Counted from the first letter of the whole stretch, positions 13,354 through 24,474 are shown. The stretch: DNA of 63,819 nucleotides, filler included, from Reticulomyxa filosa (GCA_000512085.1; 10 parts of 10 records of this genome joined end to end with filler, not necessarily neighbours in it), one strand, 5' to 3'. The notes: generated by a model not told the origin, from the letters alone. Translations and numbers: made by a program.

Positions 13354-13453
13354 NNNNNNNNNNNNNNNNNNNNNNNNNNNNNNNNNNNNNNNNNNNNTTA
13401 ATTAATTAANNNNNNNNNNNNNNNNNNNNNNNNNNNNNNNNNNNNNNNNNNNN
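13354..13453. other. Artificial contig spacer
   Basis: N44-TTAATTAATTAA-N44. Confidence 0.99.
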
Positions 13454-14326
13454 CGGTGTAGGTCAGAACGTCGATCCGGAAGCCGCCCTCGCCAGCCACC
13501 TGCCGCAGAAAGTCGGCAGACCCCGGCACCGATCGGCCTTCCTCTGCGGTGGTGTAGCCGAACCGGGCCCAGAGGTCGGCCCCGGCGCGGATGATGGCCT
13601 TCATGCCTCGGCGTCCACCGATCCCATCAGTTTTATCCAGGCAAGGATATGCGCATTCTCTTCCAGAATGCCGGTCGGCTCGCCGTTCGCATCGCGGATG
13701 ATCACGCCGCCCGCCGGGTCCGGCGTGTCGCGGGTGATCCCAAGCAATTCCAGCGCCTTGGAATTCGCCGCCCCCATGTGGCTTGACTGGTGGATCAGGT
13801 AGATCGGGAACTCGGTCGAGATCGCATCGAGGTCTGCGCGGGTCGGGTCGCGCAGTTCCGCCAGCGTCGAGCGGTCATAGCCGAACCCCATGATCACGCC
13901 AGTGCGCTGCACGATGTCCTGGTTTTCCGCGATCCAGTCGCGCAAGGTCTGCTGGAGCGAGGGAATATCGGTCACGTCTCCGTCCGGCGGCGCAAGAATG
14001 TTCGCGGTCAGCGCCTGGATGCCGCCGATCATCACATGGCCATGGGCGTCGAAAAAGCCTGGAAGCAGGGCGCGGCCCTCAAGCTCAGTCACCTCGGTGC
14101 CCTCGCCCTTCAGCGCCATCACCTCCTCGACCGAGCCGACAGCGATGATCCGGCCATCCTTAACCGCAACGGCCTCGGCACGCGGTTGGGCGTCGTCCAT
14201 CGTCAACACCGGACCACCGGTGAAGATGCGGTCGGCCACCTCCTGCGCATGCACCGCCTGCGTCAGGACGAGCCCCGTCACCCCGGCCCTGACGGCCGCC
14301 CACGCCCTTGTCCGAAGCACAGACAT
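13454..14326 (-). CDS. Bacterial secreted amidohydrolase (YtcJ-like / Amidohydro_3), partial, with a 1-nt frameshift at about 13604
   Basis: Signal peptide ending AVHA-QE; ADRIFTGGPVLTMD..AEAVAVKDGRIIAVGS; LLPGFFDAHGH metal motif; PTRADLDAIS..PIYLIHQSSHMGAANSKAL..GI..DTPDPAGGVIIRD..GEPTGILEENA. Homology continues in ORF 13398-13604 (ARFGYTTAEEG). GC-rich and intronless. Confidence 0.9.
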
Positions 14327-14412
14327 GATCCCCCCCGATCAGATCGCACTTAACAAGTGTTGGGGCAATGGGCGCCCTGTGGCAAGGATTCCTTTGGGCG
14401 CGCTGTCTCGCG

Positions 14413-14572
14413 TCAGAAGAACCAGGGGTTCGACCAGGCGCGTCTGCCGGCCGCATCGATCACGGTCACCCGAACCCAGGGCGACCCCCGGAAGCGCTCC
14501 ATCGGCAGCGTGGCCTGCGTCATGGAATGGCCATGCACGGCTTTGGCGGCCGTGCCCGCGCCCTGCACGATG
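14413..14572 (-). CDS. 3' end of a bacterial PHP-domain (CehA/McbA-like) metallohydrolase gene, not in the ORF track
   Basis: Minus strand reads IVQGAGTAAKAVHGHSMTQATLPMERFRGSPWVRVTVIDAAGRRAWSNPWFF-stop. The terminal WxRxxVxDxxGRRAWSNP pattern is typical of this family's C-terminus. Confidence 0.6.
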
Positions 14573-14573
14573 A

Positions 14574-14673
14574 NNNNNNNNNNNNNNNNNNNNNNNNNNN
14601 NNNNNNNNNNNNNNNNNTTAATTAATTAANNNNNNNNNNNNNNNNNNNNNNNNNNNNNNNNNNNNNNNNNNNN
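14574..14673. other. Artificial contig spacer
   Basis: N44-TTAATTAATTAA-N44. Confidence 0.99.
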
Positions 14674-14684
14674 TTAAAAAAAAA

Positions 14685-15966
14685 TTAAATAAAATTACTT
14701 TTGTCGTCCGCCGAAGGCACTAAAGATTGTAGCTCTTGCAAAGCGATGGTGCTAGTGCTATCTTGGGACAAACACAAAGCTTCAATGTCGCGGGACTTGG
14801 CATCAGCGGCATCGGCGTCACGGTTGGCGTCACGGTCGACGTCGGCGTCGTTTTCGGTTCGCAATTTGGGGTCGAAGCGCGTAGCGGCATCCGTGCGCGT
14901 CGGGAGAAGAGGGAATGTCTTGCTCAAGTATGTCTTGGTCTTTTTCGCCTTGTGTTCACCCTGATCGTCTTCTTCGTTGTTCGGCACAATGTGCATCGTC
15001 ATCAAGTCCATCGCCGTCTTTGCTCGTTTGTCGTTGAGAAGGCCTTTCAACTCGCTTTGGATAGGGTGTACCAGATGCATATCCACATTGAACATACGTG
15101 GAGTGACACGAGCCAACTATTTCCAAAAAAGTTCAAATTCAAAACTTGACCCTTTTTTTTTTTTTTATTTTTTTTACACGTGCAACATGAACCTCCTCCT
15201 TTCCCCCCCCCTTCCCCTTTTTTTTTTTTGCGCAAACGTATACAAGTGAATAAATTAAACTTTTAAAGCGGATCTCAAGTGCGGGGTCATAGCCGTCTTA
15301 ACAGCAGCCGTTCGCTCTCGAGGGGTTCGGTAAAGCGGCTGAATCGCCGAAGCTGATGGCTCGGTCGTCCCCGTTTCCAGTTCTATCATTTGCTTCACCT
15401 TTTGCTGTGTCGGCGGGGGGCTGCGCATTCTCGGCAAAAAAAATTCATAGTATACGTATTGCACAAACGCCACCACTGTGACGGTTAAATACACAAAGGC
15501 CAGTGCAATGTTCGTTACTAAGTTACGTGTCAAAATGCAACCAACCAAATTGCAAATGTCTCCCACCAACCACAACAACCAAAACAAAAATGATTGCGAT
15601 TCCGCGCTTTGGTGGACGCAATTACTTATTATTTGCGGCAACAGGGCCACTGTCCATATGGCCACTGATATCCAACCGACCACGAATGACACTTCCTCAT
15701 ATGTCTGTTCTCATTTTTTTTTTTATGTGTACATGTTTATTTATATACACACACAATATATATACATATTATGTACATATTTTTTTTTTTTAAATGTTTG
15801 TGTTAATTTTTTTTTTATCTTTTCTTGCCCACCCTTCGGATAACGTAAAGCTTAGTTAATCTCTTACATTGTAGATACAAACACCTAAAGGTTCTGTCCT
15901 TCTCCAACGCAATTGCTCTCCAAATTCATTTGTTGGCTGACATGACACTCCATTTAGTGACGTCAT
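14685..15966 (-). CDS. PQ-loop lysosomal/vacuolar amino-acid transporter (PQLC2/Ypq-like), 3' end truncated by the contig end
   Basis: Exon 1 MTSLNGVSCQP..LGVCIYN (ATG at 15966), then an intron. Exon 2 SFVVGWISVAIWTVALLPQIISN...AESQSFLFWLLWLVGDICNLVGCILT..LAFVY..QYVYY is the first PQ-loop. A long hydrophilic loop follows. Confidence 0.85.
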
Positions 15967-16905
15967 GATATTTTAGATTTGTTCTTTGTCCGCCAAGCTC
16001 ACTTTTTCAACTTCCTAATAAACGGGAAACTCCAAAACTCGGTTTAGTACTTAAAAAAAATTTATTGTCCGTATTACAATCAATTGAAAAAACTTAATTA
16101 ATATTAAAAGTTAAGCTTGGGGAAAATTAATTAATAATCTTTTACAAGTTGCAAGAATGATTGTTATATGTGCCATACAACTAAAGATGGATATATGTGT
16201 TCGTATACACACTCAGTTATGTTATATAACATTGTATAGTGAAGCATATAAACAACGATTAGATAAAATTTATCACGTTGTTATTTTTATGTTAAAAGCC
16301 AAAATTTTGATGCGAAAAAAAGCAAATGTTTTGCCGAGAGAGAAGATTTTCAAGTGTGAAGTCTATTTTTATTACTTTTAAAAGCATAAAATCAATTCGG
16401 AGTTAGTATTTCTTCATAAAAACATTGACGTTTGATATTCAAATGTCTGACTTAAATGACTAGCATATAAATTTCACACACACAAACGAGTAAACAAATT
16501 GTCAATATATTGAATGTTATTCTATAAAGAGCTTTTCAGTTAGTGAACAAATGGTCTTGTTCATGAGAGGAAAACACTGTCAACAAACAAACACAAAGCA
16601 ATCCATTTTTTTCTTCTGTTCTGAAGATTTTCAAACAAAGGAGAATCAGATTTTGCCATAATTATTACACTTTAATGCATCAAATGCAGAAATAAGTAAG
16701 AAGTTATCTAGAAAAAACAAAAATCTATATTATTGTGCCAAAAAAACAATGGTGCATCACAATATCATATGTTCACTGAAGCAAAAACTAATATATTCAT
16801 ACGTTTGAAATTTGATAAATATACAATATTCTTAATGAAATTCAAATATATATTGTAATGGTTTTACAAACAAAACATTTTCTATTCAATAAGTTCATGT
16901 CATCA

Positions 16906-17005
16906 NNNNNNNNNNNNNNNNNNNNNNNNNNNNNNNNNNNNNNNNNNNNTTAATTAATTAANNNNNNNNNNNNNNNNNNNNNNNNNNNNNNNNNNNNNNN
17001 NNNNN
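16906..17005. other. Artificial contig spacer
   Basis: N44-TTAATTAATTAA-N44. Confidence 0.99.
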
Positions 17006-18499
17006 GGTTCAATTTATATGAAGTTCTTCGAAATTTTTAAAAATCATTTCAAAAAATCATATTTTTCATCAACCTAGAAAAAACATATTATAAAACCAAT
17101 TTAATATTTAAAAACTACAAGATTAGTAGATATTTTAAAAAAATTAAGTTTAAATTTTTATTTTTCATGGAGAAAATCGATTCTATTCTGTAGTGCCATT
17201 TAGATATGGCAGTTTTTTTTGTATTTGGACTATTTTCCATATATTACATGAGTTTTTTATTGGCGTTCTGAGCTTTTCTATTGCATTCCCACAACTAAAA
17301 GTATTGGATTACAGCAAAAGAAAATAGTGCAAGTATTCTTCAGTTTGCTCAAAAGTTTGTCATTTAAATAGATTTATTTAGAGATGACAAAGAATTTAGT
17401 TGTCTGAAACACACTTTTTTTTTTTAGCTTCTTGGTCTTTCTTAATCAAAAGACTTGTGTTTTTTTTTTGCACAGTCACACAATACCGAAAAAAGAACCT
17501 TGCGAACGAAATACTTTCTTGTGAATTAGGTGTGGTAAAGAGCAATTTTTTTCCTAAAGCACATATTGTTTTTTTAATAGCGATTTTCGTGTTGTCTTTT
17601 TACTTCTAAATTTTTGTCATTAATGACTCTGTGATTTAACTTTTTATCTTTTATATTGTTATTTTTGTTGTTCTTCTTTGTTATAATATTGTCCTTTTTT
17701 TATTTGGTTGTTACTAATGTGAAACATTGTACTTCACAAACTTTTTCAATATTTTTTTTGAAAGATATTTATGTTTGGAGATTCCTAAAAAACAAACAAA
17801 AATATTTGAAAAAGCAATAGGACTAATACAAGCGCAAATTATATGAAACCTCGCAAAATTTTCAAATCATTTAAAAGGATTACGTTTTTATCCAATGAAT
17901 TAACAAATATATATAAATACTTCAATTGAAAATTTTGCATCATACTGTTACTTATTTTTTTCTTTTAAATTATTAATACAACTTATGTCGATTATTTATA
18001 GGAGAGTTTACATTGAAAATTACATCAAAATTATAAAATTAAGGTTCTTTTATTTAAAAAAATTCACTAAAGAGATCTTGACATTGTATTTTAAAAAAAG
18101 CGTAAGTTTTTAATTATATTTTTGTAATAACTTGCAAATTTCAGTTTTTTGGATGTTATGAATAAGTACTGAGAAATTACAAATATATATTCAAAAGATC
18201 ATTTATCTACTCATTATTCCTTTTTAAAAAATAAATTGAAGATATTTCCCAAAAAAAGCCATATTTATGATATTTAATTTTTTTAAACAGACAGCTAGTA
18301 AGAGGTTGGTGTTTTGCATTTTAGCTATGAACCATAAAATGTTTTAACATCTTATCAAAGAAAGAAAAAAAGAAAAATATTTCTTTCTACACACATTGCA
18401 TAAATATGTTATAATAAAACGTGTTCTTTTATTGATTGAATATTAGTTGTTATCTTCAAAAAGTGAATCATGGACTTCACAGCTGTTGCCATTTCTGAT

Positions 18500-19400
18500 T
18501 CGTTTCCACTAATATCTCCATCTATTTTGATTTATCATATTCTTCTTAGTATTGGTTGTTCATTGTTAAAAAGTACATTATTACTTGTAAATACTCTTGG
18601 AAGGCCTTTAGGTATTTCAACATGCCATATTTTACGTTTATTGCTGTAGTTTCGTCTAAGTCTAATATATGAACCCGCTCTTCTATTGTCCAATTCACTA
18701 AATTCATATCATCAAATACAATTCCATCGTATAAAATATCTAATTTTTTTAACTGGTCTCTATAACTAACTAACAAATGTTTTTAAAAAGTGATAACGCA
18801 AATTGGGTTTTACCAGTTTAGTCTGCCCATGCAGCCATAATTCATGCTTCGAACGATTCCAATTTGATATATCATTTACGTTTTTAAATTTATATTTATT
18901 GTTTCTTTCGATATTACTTTTTGATAACCTTTCTACGCTTTGCTCCATACGTAGATTATCTCTTAAATAGTCTCTAGCTATTACTGGGTCATTTATTATT
19001 ATATTCATTGAGTCATCTAAATCTCCTTCTATTGCTGCTTTCACTGCTGGATTAATTATAGAAAAATTAATTATATTTGTTATATAATTTTTTTCCTTGC
19101 TGCAATATTTTTTTACAGCTAAAGATTTACGACAACTCTGGTAATTTCTATGAAATCCATTCATATATAATCTATTTACTGATAGTATATCTACTTTATT
19201 TTGACAATTAATGTAACAATGCAAATGTCTACCTTTATGTTCGTGACTTTCAACAGCAATTAAGTATTCATTAATTGGAAGTTTTTTCCCAATATTTCTG
19301 GAGTTTCTTCTAGTCCCAATTTACATTGTTTATAAATTAGAAATAAATTTTTTGCTTGTAATCGAAAATTTGTTTTTTTAATTTGTTTGATATCACTTAG
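18500..19400 (-). mobile_element. rep: Endogenous CRESS-DNA virus Rep pseudogene, geminivirus/genomovirus-like (HUH endonuclease + SF3 helicase)
   Basis: Read across frameshifts: FRLQAKNLFLIYKQC (motif I at 19332-19343; geminivirus FRINAKNYFLTYPQC), ESHEHKGRHLHCY (motif II, 19213-19227), GRS-like NRLYMNGFHRNYQ, KKYCSKE (motif III, 19096-19107), LWLHGQTK/TGKTQFA (Walker A, about 18806-18828), DGIVFDDM (Walker B, 18708-18722), IPKGLPRVFTSN (motif C, 18580-18597), ILRR (Arg finger, 18541-18552). Intronless. Confidence 0.92.
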
Positions 19401-19552
19401 TATGTAATCTTTATCATTGTCATCGCTTTCCTAATCACTTTCATCAGCATTTCTATCACTTTCACCATTTTTAAAATGTCATTTCTGCTTGATATATCTC
19501 TAATAAATATCTCTGTCTTTCCATAAGTTAAAAAATCGAGAAATGATAAAAC

Positions 19553-19915
19553 CTTTGCTGGGATTGACTGCCAACTTGGCAAATGCTGTCTCGTAGAGTT
19601 CAATGCACTTCCAAATACTTGTAAATTTGTTTTTTTTTAATTGCATTGCCATCATTTTTTCTTCATTGGTCCAGTTTTGATTGAATTTTAGAATGTGATC
19701 GCACAGCATCGAAGTTAAAGGATCTTTCAAACAAAACGATCGCGCAGCTACATTCACGATCGACTGCGTAATGACCTGATATATATTCATGGTCGCATAT
19801 ATAAATTTACCTATATTTTGTATTCTCGCTCGTTGCTTCTCTATAGGTGAATTTATATATGCGACCATGAATATCTCTTCGGTATTTGCCAAGTTGGCAG
19901 TCAATCCCAGCAAAG
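19553..19915. repeat. Inverted repeat, 32-bp perfect arms (19553-19584 / 19884-19915), extending imperfectly to about 19531/19937
   Basis: ctttgctgggattgactgccaacttggcaaat is the exact reverse complement of atttgccaagttggcagtcaatcccagcaaag. Confidence 0.95.
19783..19874. repeat. Hairpin: 33-bp stem (one mismatch, G-T on the + strand) with a 26-nt loop
   Basis: atattcatggtcgcatatataaatttacctata (19783-19815) pairs with tataggtgaatttatatatgcgaccatgaatat (19842-19874). Confidence 0.95.
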
Positions 19916-22900
19916 TTTTATTATTTATCGAGTTTTTGTATATTTCCAAAATCAAGTACAGTTGCAACGTTTGCTTCGCGCCAAATGTAAATTTGATTAT
20001 TCGATCTCGTCCCAACTGCTCAACGTTTGCGATCAATTTGTACAAAAATTTGAAGAAAAAGAAGCTGACAAAGTAACTCCGTATCTCTGACTTTTCTCGT
20101 GTATAATTCGTTATGTGGCATCGCACGCCTGGTTCCAATATCACCAAGATTTCTCCTACTAGCTTCATCAAATATGTACGTGAATTTAAATCATAGAGAT
20201 TTGACACTTACAAATTCACAAATTGCTTCAATTCTAGCGCTATCGCCCGTACGGCCAACGCCGTAAATCTACACTTACCCATCTTTGTGTAAAGATTCAC
20301 AATTTCCAAAGTTGAAAATAGAAAATATCGTGTCCCCTAGGAACCTTTGCAAGGTGTGACCTCATAAAGGAATTATGGCCACTGTGCATAAATATACATT
20401 TATATGTTATGGTATTGAATTTTGTAAAGCACATTAAAACAGCATATTGTTTTGTTGGACGAAAGTTGGCCTCATTTAATTTAGAAAGGAATTTGTCAAA
20501 AAGTTTTTTGTTCATCATCATTAGAACACATTACATGATCTTTTTGTTGTATCTCTTAGGTCACTATCTATTTATTCTATCATATTTCATTGATATAACT
20601 CACCACCTTCCATCAATGCTTGCCTTACAGCAATGTCATATAAAACATTGGGAATACCACACCATTGGTTCAATCGCAAGCACGCATTGCACAAATCAGC
20701 AATTTGTTTATTGAAATTTTGCTAGATAGTGAATTATTAAAAGGAAAGCAAATGCATTTCAACTTTGAAAAATTAATTTCACATTGTCTTTTTGATTTAT
20801 CATACGCTGAAAAGGATAATAAGACAATGAATCATTAATATGATTTTTTTTTTCTTGATAACATATATTTGGCTTCATCATTACAATTTGCAACATTTTG
20901 TCATATGCTTTGTTAACCAAACAAAAAAAAGTATAATGATTATAACTTCTTTTTCAAAAATCCTGTTTTTAGGCACTGTTTCTTTATCTTAAAACAATAT
21001 TTGATAATTTTAAACTTCGAATCAATGCGACAAATCATGATTCATAATAGTACATGTAGAATGCTTTTCTTATGGCCACACTTGATTCACAAAGAGAATC
21101 GAAATGAATCACGTTTGTAGAAGGATTTTCAAGAAATAGATTTTCTCTTTGATCGTATATGTAATGCTTCTTGGATGCATTGAGATGCAGTTCAACCTGA
21201 AATAGTGATCTGCAAAAATGATTTTTTTGTGTCTATTTTTTGTTTGGATAAAATGCATGTTTTTAATCTTACTATTCTTTTAACAAAACAAGTTTCCTTT
21301 TTTATTCCACAGCTGAAGGTATTTTGATAAGAATGACAGAAGATTTTCTCTCTATCTTTTGTTTGTTCTTTGAAATACTGTGCCTCTAGGCTCCCCTAAT
21401 CTGACATTTTTTTTGTTCACTTTTTTCAAAAAAAATTTCTTTGTTAAAACAGCTTGTCAAATGCAACTAAACACTCAAACAAGGTATGTGTCACACAAAT
21501 GAGCCAAACGCAAACAATAAAATTGATTTACATGAACAAAGACAAGGAAAAATTGTACATTTTTCAAAGTCTTTCTTGTAATTCTCATTGAAAAAGTATC
21601 CATAAGAGCACAAAGTTTTTTCCGCTGCAATGTAAAATTACATTTTTTTAAAAAGTATTGATCTTAAGGAATATTTGGAATTTGAAAATGTACGTATAAT
21701 TTTTCTACTATTGCAATTGTTTGGCTCTGGGATATACTTTTCATTTGTTTCTTTCGAATTTGATTCCTTATTAGCCATAATTGTAATAATTAAGTTCCGC
21801 TTTTATGGCCATTAATAAAAATTCTAAATAGAGATCACAATTACAACAAAAAGCATAGTGAAAAAAATCAACTGATTTCCTAATCACTTAATTGCAAAGT
21901 CATCCACAATGGAGATATACATTTGTGGTTTCAAAAAACAAAAAGATATCAAATAATAACAATTTGCAATTTGAATCAAGAACTAAATTTTTTTTTTTAC
22001 AAGACTTAAAGCAAAGCAAACGATATAAAACGATCAAATCCAAAACTGTTTTAGATAGCATTTTTTATTCTTAATTTTAAAATTCACGTTCCAACAGGTT
22101 TTTCTTTTGTTTTACACTTTTGGTAACTACGATTATTAAGTATTCGTAAATATTCTTTACTGTTTGTTTTAATTACAAAAAAGTTTTTTTCAAAAATTTT
22201 TTAGCTTTTTAAGTAAACAAGCACAAAAAAGTTATTCGCATAATACGTTGTTGAAAATGCTTTTAAAAAAGTTGGCAAATTTCATGATTACGACACAAGC
22301 ACAACTGTCAACTTTTTCTCGAAATTTTACATAAATCAATAAAAAATTCAAATTATTGAAAAATTAGGAAAGATAGAATAAAAATCAAAAACATATTTAA
22401 AAACAACGTGATTTGTAGATATTTTTTAAAAAAATGTTTGATTAAATCTACAACGCTGGCAGATCACGCGTTTTTTTTCGTGAAAGAGATCGAGATATAT
22501 TCGATAGCTTGATTTTTTATTTAATTTTTGTTATGCTGCAAGAAAAATTTTCTTTTGAAATGGTGATTGAAATTTTTGTTTTTCATGCATAGTATTCAAA
22601 CGATGTCTATCAATAAATGCCTTTGAATGAGTTAGATTAATTCTTATAAAAATTTTGCTCCAACCAATTAAAAAAGAAATTATTTGTAGAGCCTATTAAA
22701 TGATTTTGACTCCAAGTATGTTTGCATTTCTAAAAAGTGCCTTTTTTTGTTAAGCTATTACCGGCTTTCTTTGTATGCAGTTTCTTTTTCAGCAGTTGTT
22801 TCATTATTATTTGTTTGTTTGTTATAATTTAAGATTTTTAAATGTCCAATGCTATCTTTTTTGTTTTTGTTTTAATTATAATATCAATTTCAGGTTTTAT

Positions 22901-23299
22901 CATCAATTCAACAATCTCATCGCAATTATTAATGTCAAGCAATACTATTATTTATATCACGTAAACATACATAATGTAATATCCATTGATATTGCATTGA
23001 TTAATTTAATATCATTTTTACACATAGAAATTGTTTCATTTCTGAAGCAAGATGTGTTTGGCTGTCAATTGATTCCTTCATTGTATCACCTTTTTTGAAG
23101 TTGCACCTTTTGATGAAACACAAACCTAATTATTCAAATCATTTGAATGAGTTTTTCTTTAATTCTTTGACATCAATGCAATTTCCCTTTTCGTTTTATT
23201 CGTTTATCAATTTAAACGAAATGTTATGAAATCCAATACACCATCTATTTTATTATTATTCAAACCAACCTTTTTTTGTAATACGAACAAACTTAATGC

Positions 23300-23860
23300 T
23301 CTGAAAACGAATACATACCAATATTTGCGAATGATTTCTTGTGTCTCGAAATTGCTGCCTTCGACGGATTGGAAAATTGAAAAAAATATCTTTGACATAA
23401 ATTAGTGTACCTTTTTCATTTGTGTTGCTTTTGTGTGTGTGTCGTTTGGCTCTTCACTTACATTCAATATCACTTGTCCGCCTCGAATCACTTTCCGATT
23501 TTGCCTTCTTCTTTCTCTTTCATTCGATATTATCTCCAACAGACTTACTTGTCCTATTGATGACAATGCTTCTCCTTGATATCCCAATGTCATCTCCTTT
23601 CCGTTCTCACTTCCCATGCTCTTGCTTGAATAATATCTCTTTCCTATCTTTTCCATTTCTTCCGCGGTTATGCCTATTCCATCGTCTTTCACTGTTATTG
23701 AATACTCTCTCAAGTTTATTACTATTTTTATCTCACTTGCTTTGCTATCGATGCTGTTCATTATCAACTCGTCCATGATCCGGTAGATGTCGGTGATTAA
23801 AAGTGTGGAACGGAGTAATTGTTGTGTTTTGCCATTTAGGCAGTGTATTCGTCCTGATCG
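23300..23860 (-). CDS. MLH3: MutL homologue, MLH3-like, N-terminal GHKL ATPase part; frameshift at about 23415, remainder not recognisable
   Basis: RIHCLNGKTQQLLRSTLLITDIYRIMDELIMNSIDSKAS.I...ITVKDDGIG.....EKIGKRYYSSK...TLGYQGEALSSI. After the frameshift it reads KGTLIYVKDIFFNFPIRRR. The N-terminus resembles MLH3 (IKCL....LRSG...EELALNSIDA..EKVGNRYFTSK). Confidence 0.75.
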
Positions 23861-23933
23861 TGAAGTTGCCAGTTTTCTTTTTTTCGTCGACTTCAGTCTT
23901 ACCTGAAAACAAAAAAAAAAAAAAAAAAAAGGG

Positions 23934-24033
23934 NNNNNNNNNNNNNNNNNNNNNNNNNNNNNNNNNNNNNNNNNNNNTTAATTAATTAANNNNNNNNNNN
24001 NNNNNNNNNNNNNNNNNNNNNNNNNNNNNNNNN
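23934..24033. other. Artificial contig spacer
   Basis: N44-TTAATTAATTAA-N44. Confidence 0.99.
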
Positions 24034-24474
24034 ATGATGTAAAAGCATATTGTAAAATATGATATTTGGATGAATATTTTTGCTTTGCACAATTTTAATA
24101 ACTCGAGTGATTGAATTGGGAGATTTCAATTCTGAACATCTTTTAACAGCTGCAGCATAGAGAGATGTATCTTGAGATGAACTCTCATTGAGATATTGAA
24201 TAATTTCTTTATCAGATTCCATTTTTTGAATTAATGATCGTTCATGTCTTGATTCAGGGGATGGCGTTGTTTTTGATAATGCGCCTTGTTGTCCCTTTAG
24301 CTTTTTCATGTATTGAGTCATTTGATGTTGTTCGTTCAATCCGATTTGATGTGTACTGGGCTGACGAAGTTGTCTAATCAGAACACAAGGGATGAGGTTC
24401 CGGATTGGTCTCTTGTTTAGCTCTTTTTGTCTAAGGCTAGCCCTTTTGAGAGTTGTGCTCATCATTGTTGTCAT
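24034..24474 (-). CDS. Pentatricopeptide-repeat protein, 5' part
   Basis: Basic, acid-poor N-terminus resembling a presequence. DTSLYAAAVKRCSELK..SITRVIKIVQSKNIHPNIIFYNMLLH fits one PPR unit plus the start of the next (PN...YN.LL). Confidence 0.65.

Larger units (their letters stand above)
19500..20282 (-). pseudogene. NEMF: Rearranged 5' fragment of NEMF/Rqc2 (NFACT-N domain)
   Basis: MGKCRFTALAVRAIALELKQFVNL*VSNLYDLNSRTYLMKL..ILEPGVRCHITNY...EQLGRDRIIKFTFG...YLILEIY matches the NEMF N-terminus (MKSRFSTIDLRA..VNNVYDVDNKTYLIRL..LLESGIRIHTT..QLGVDRIVDFQFG..HLIIELY). Later segments read ICDHEY and NPSKGFIISR. Contains an internal stop, an inversion and duplications. Confidence 0.85.
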
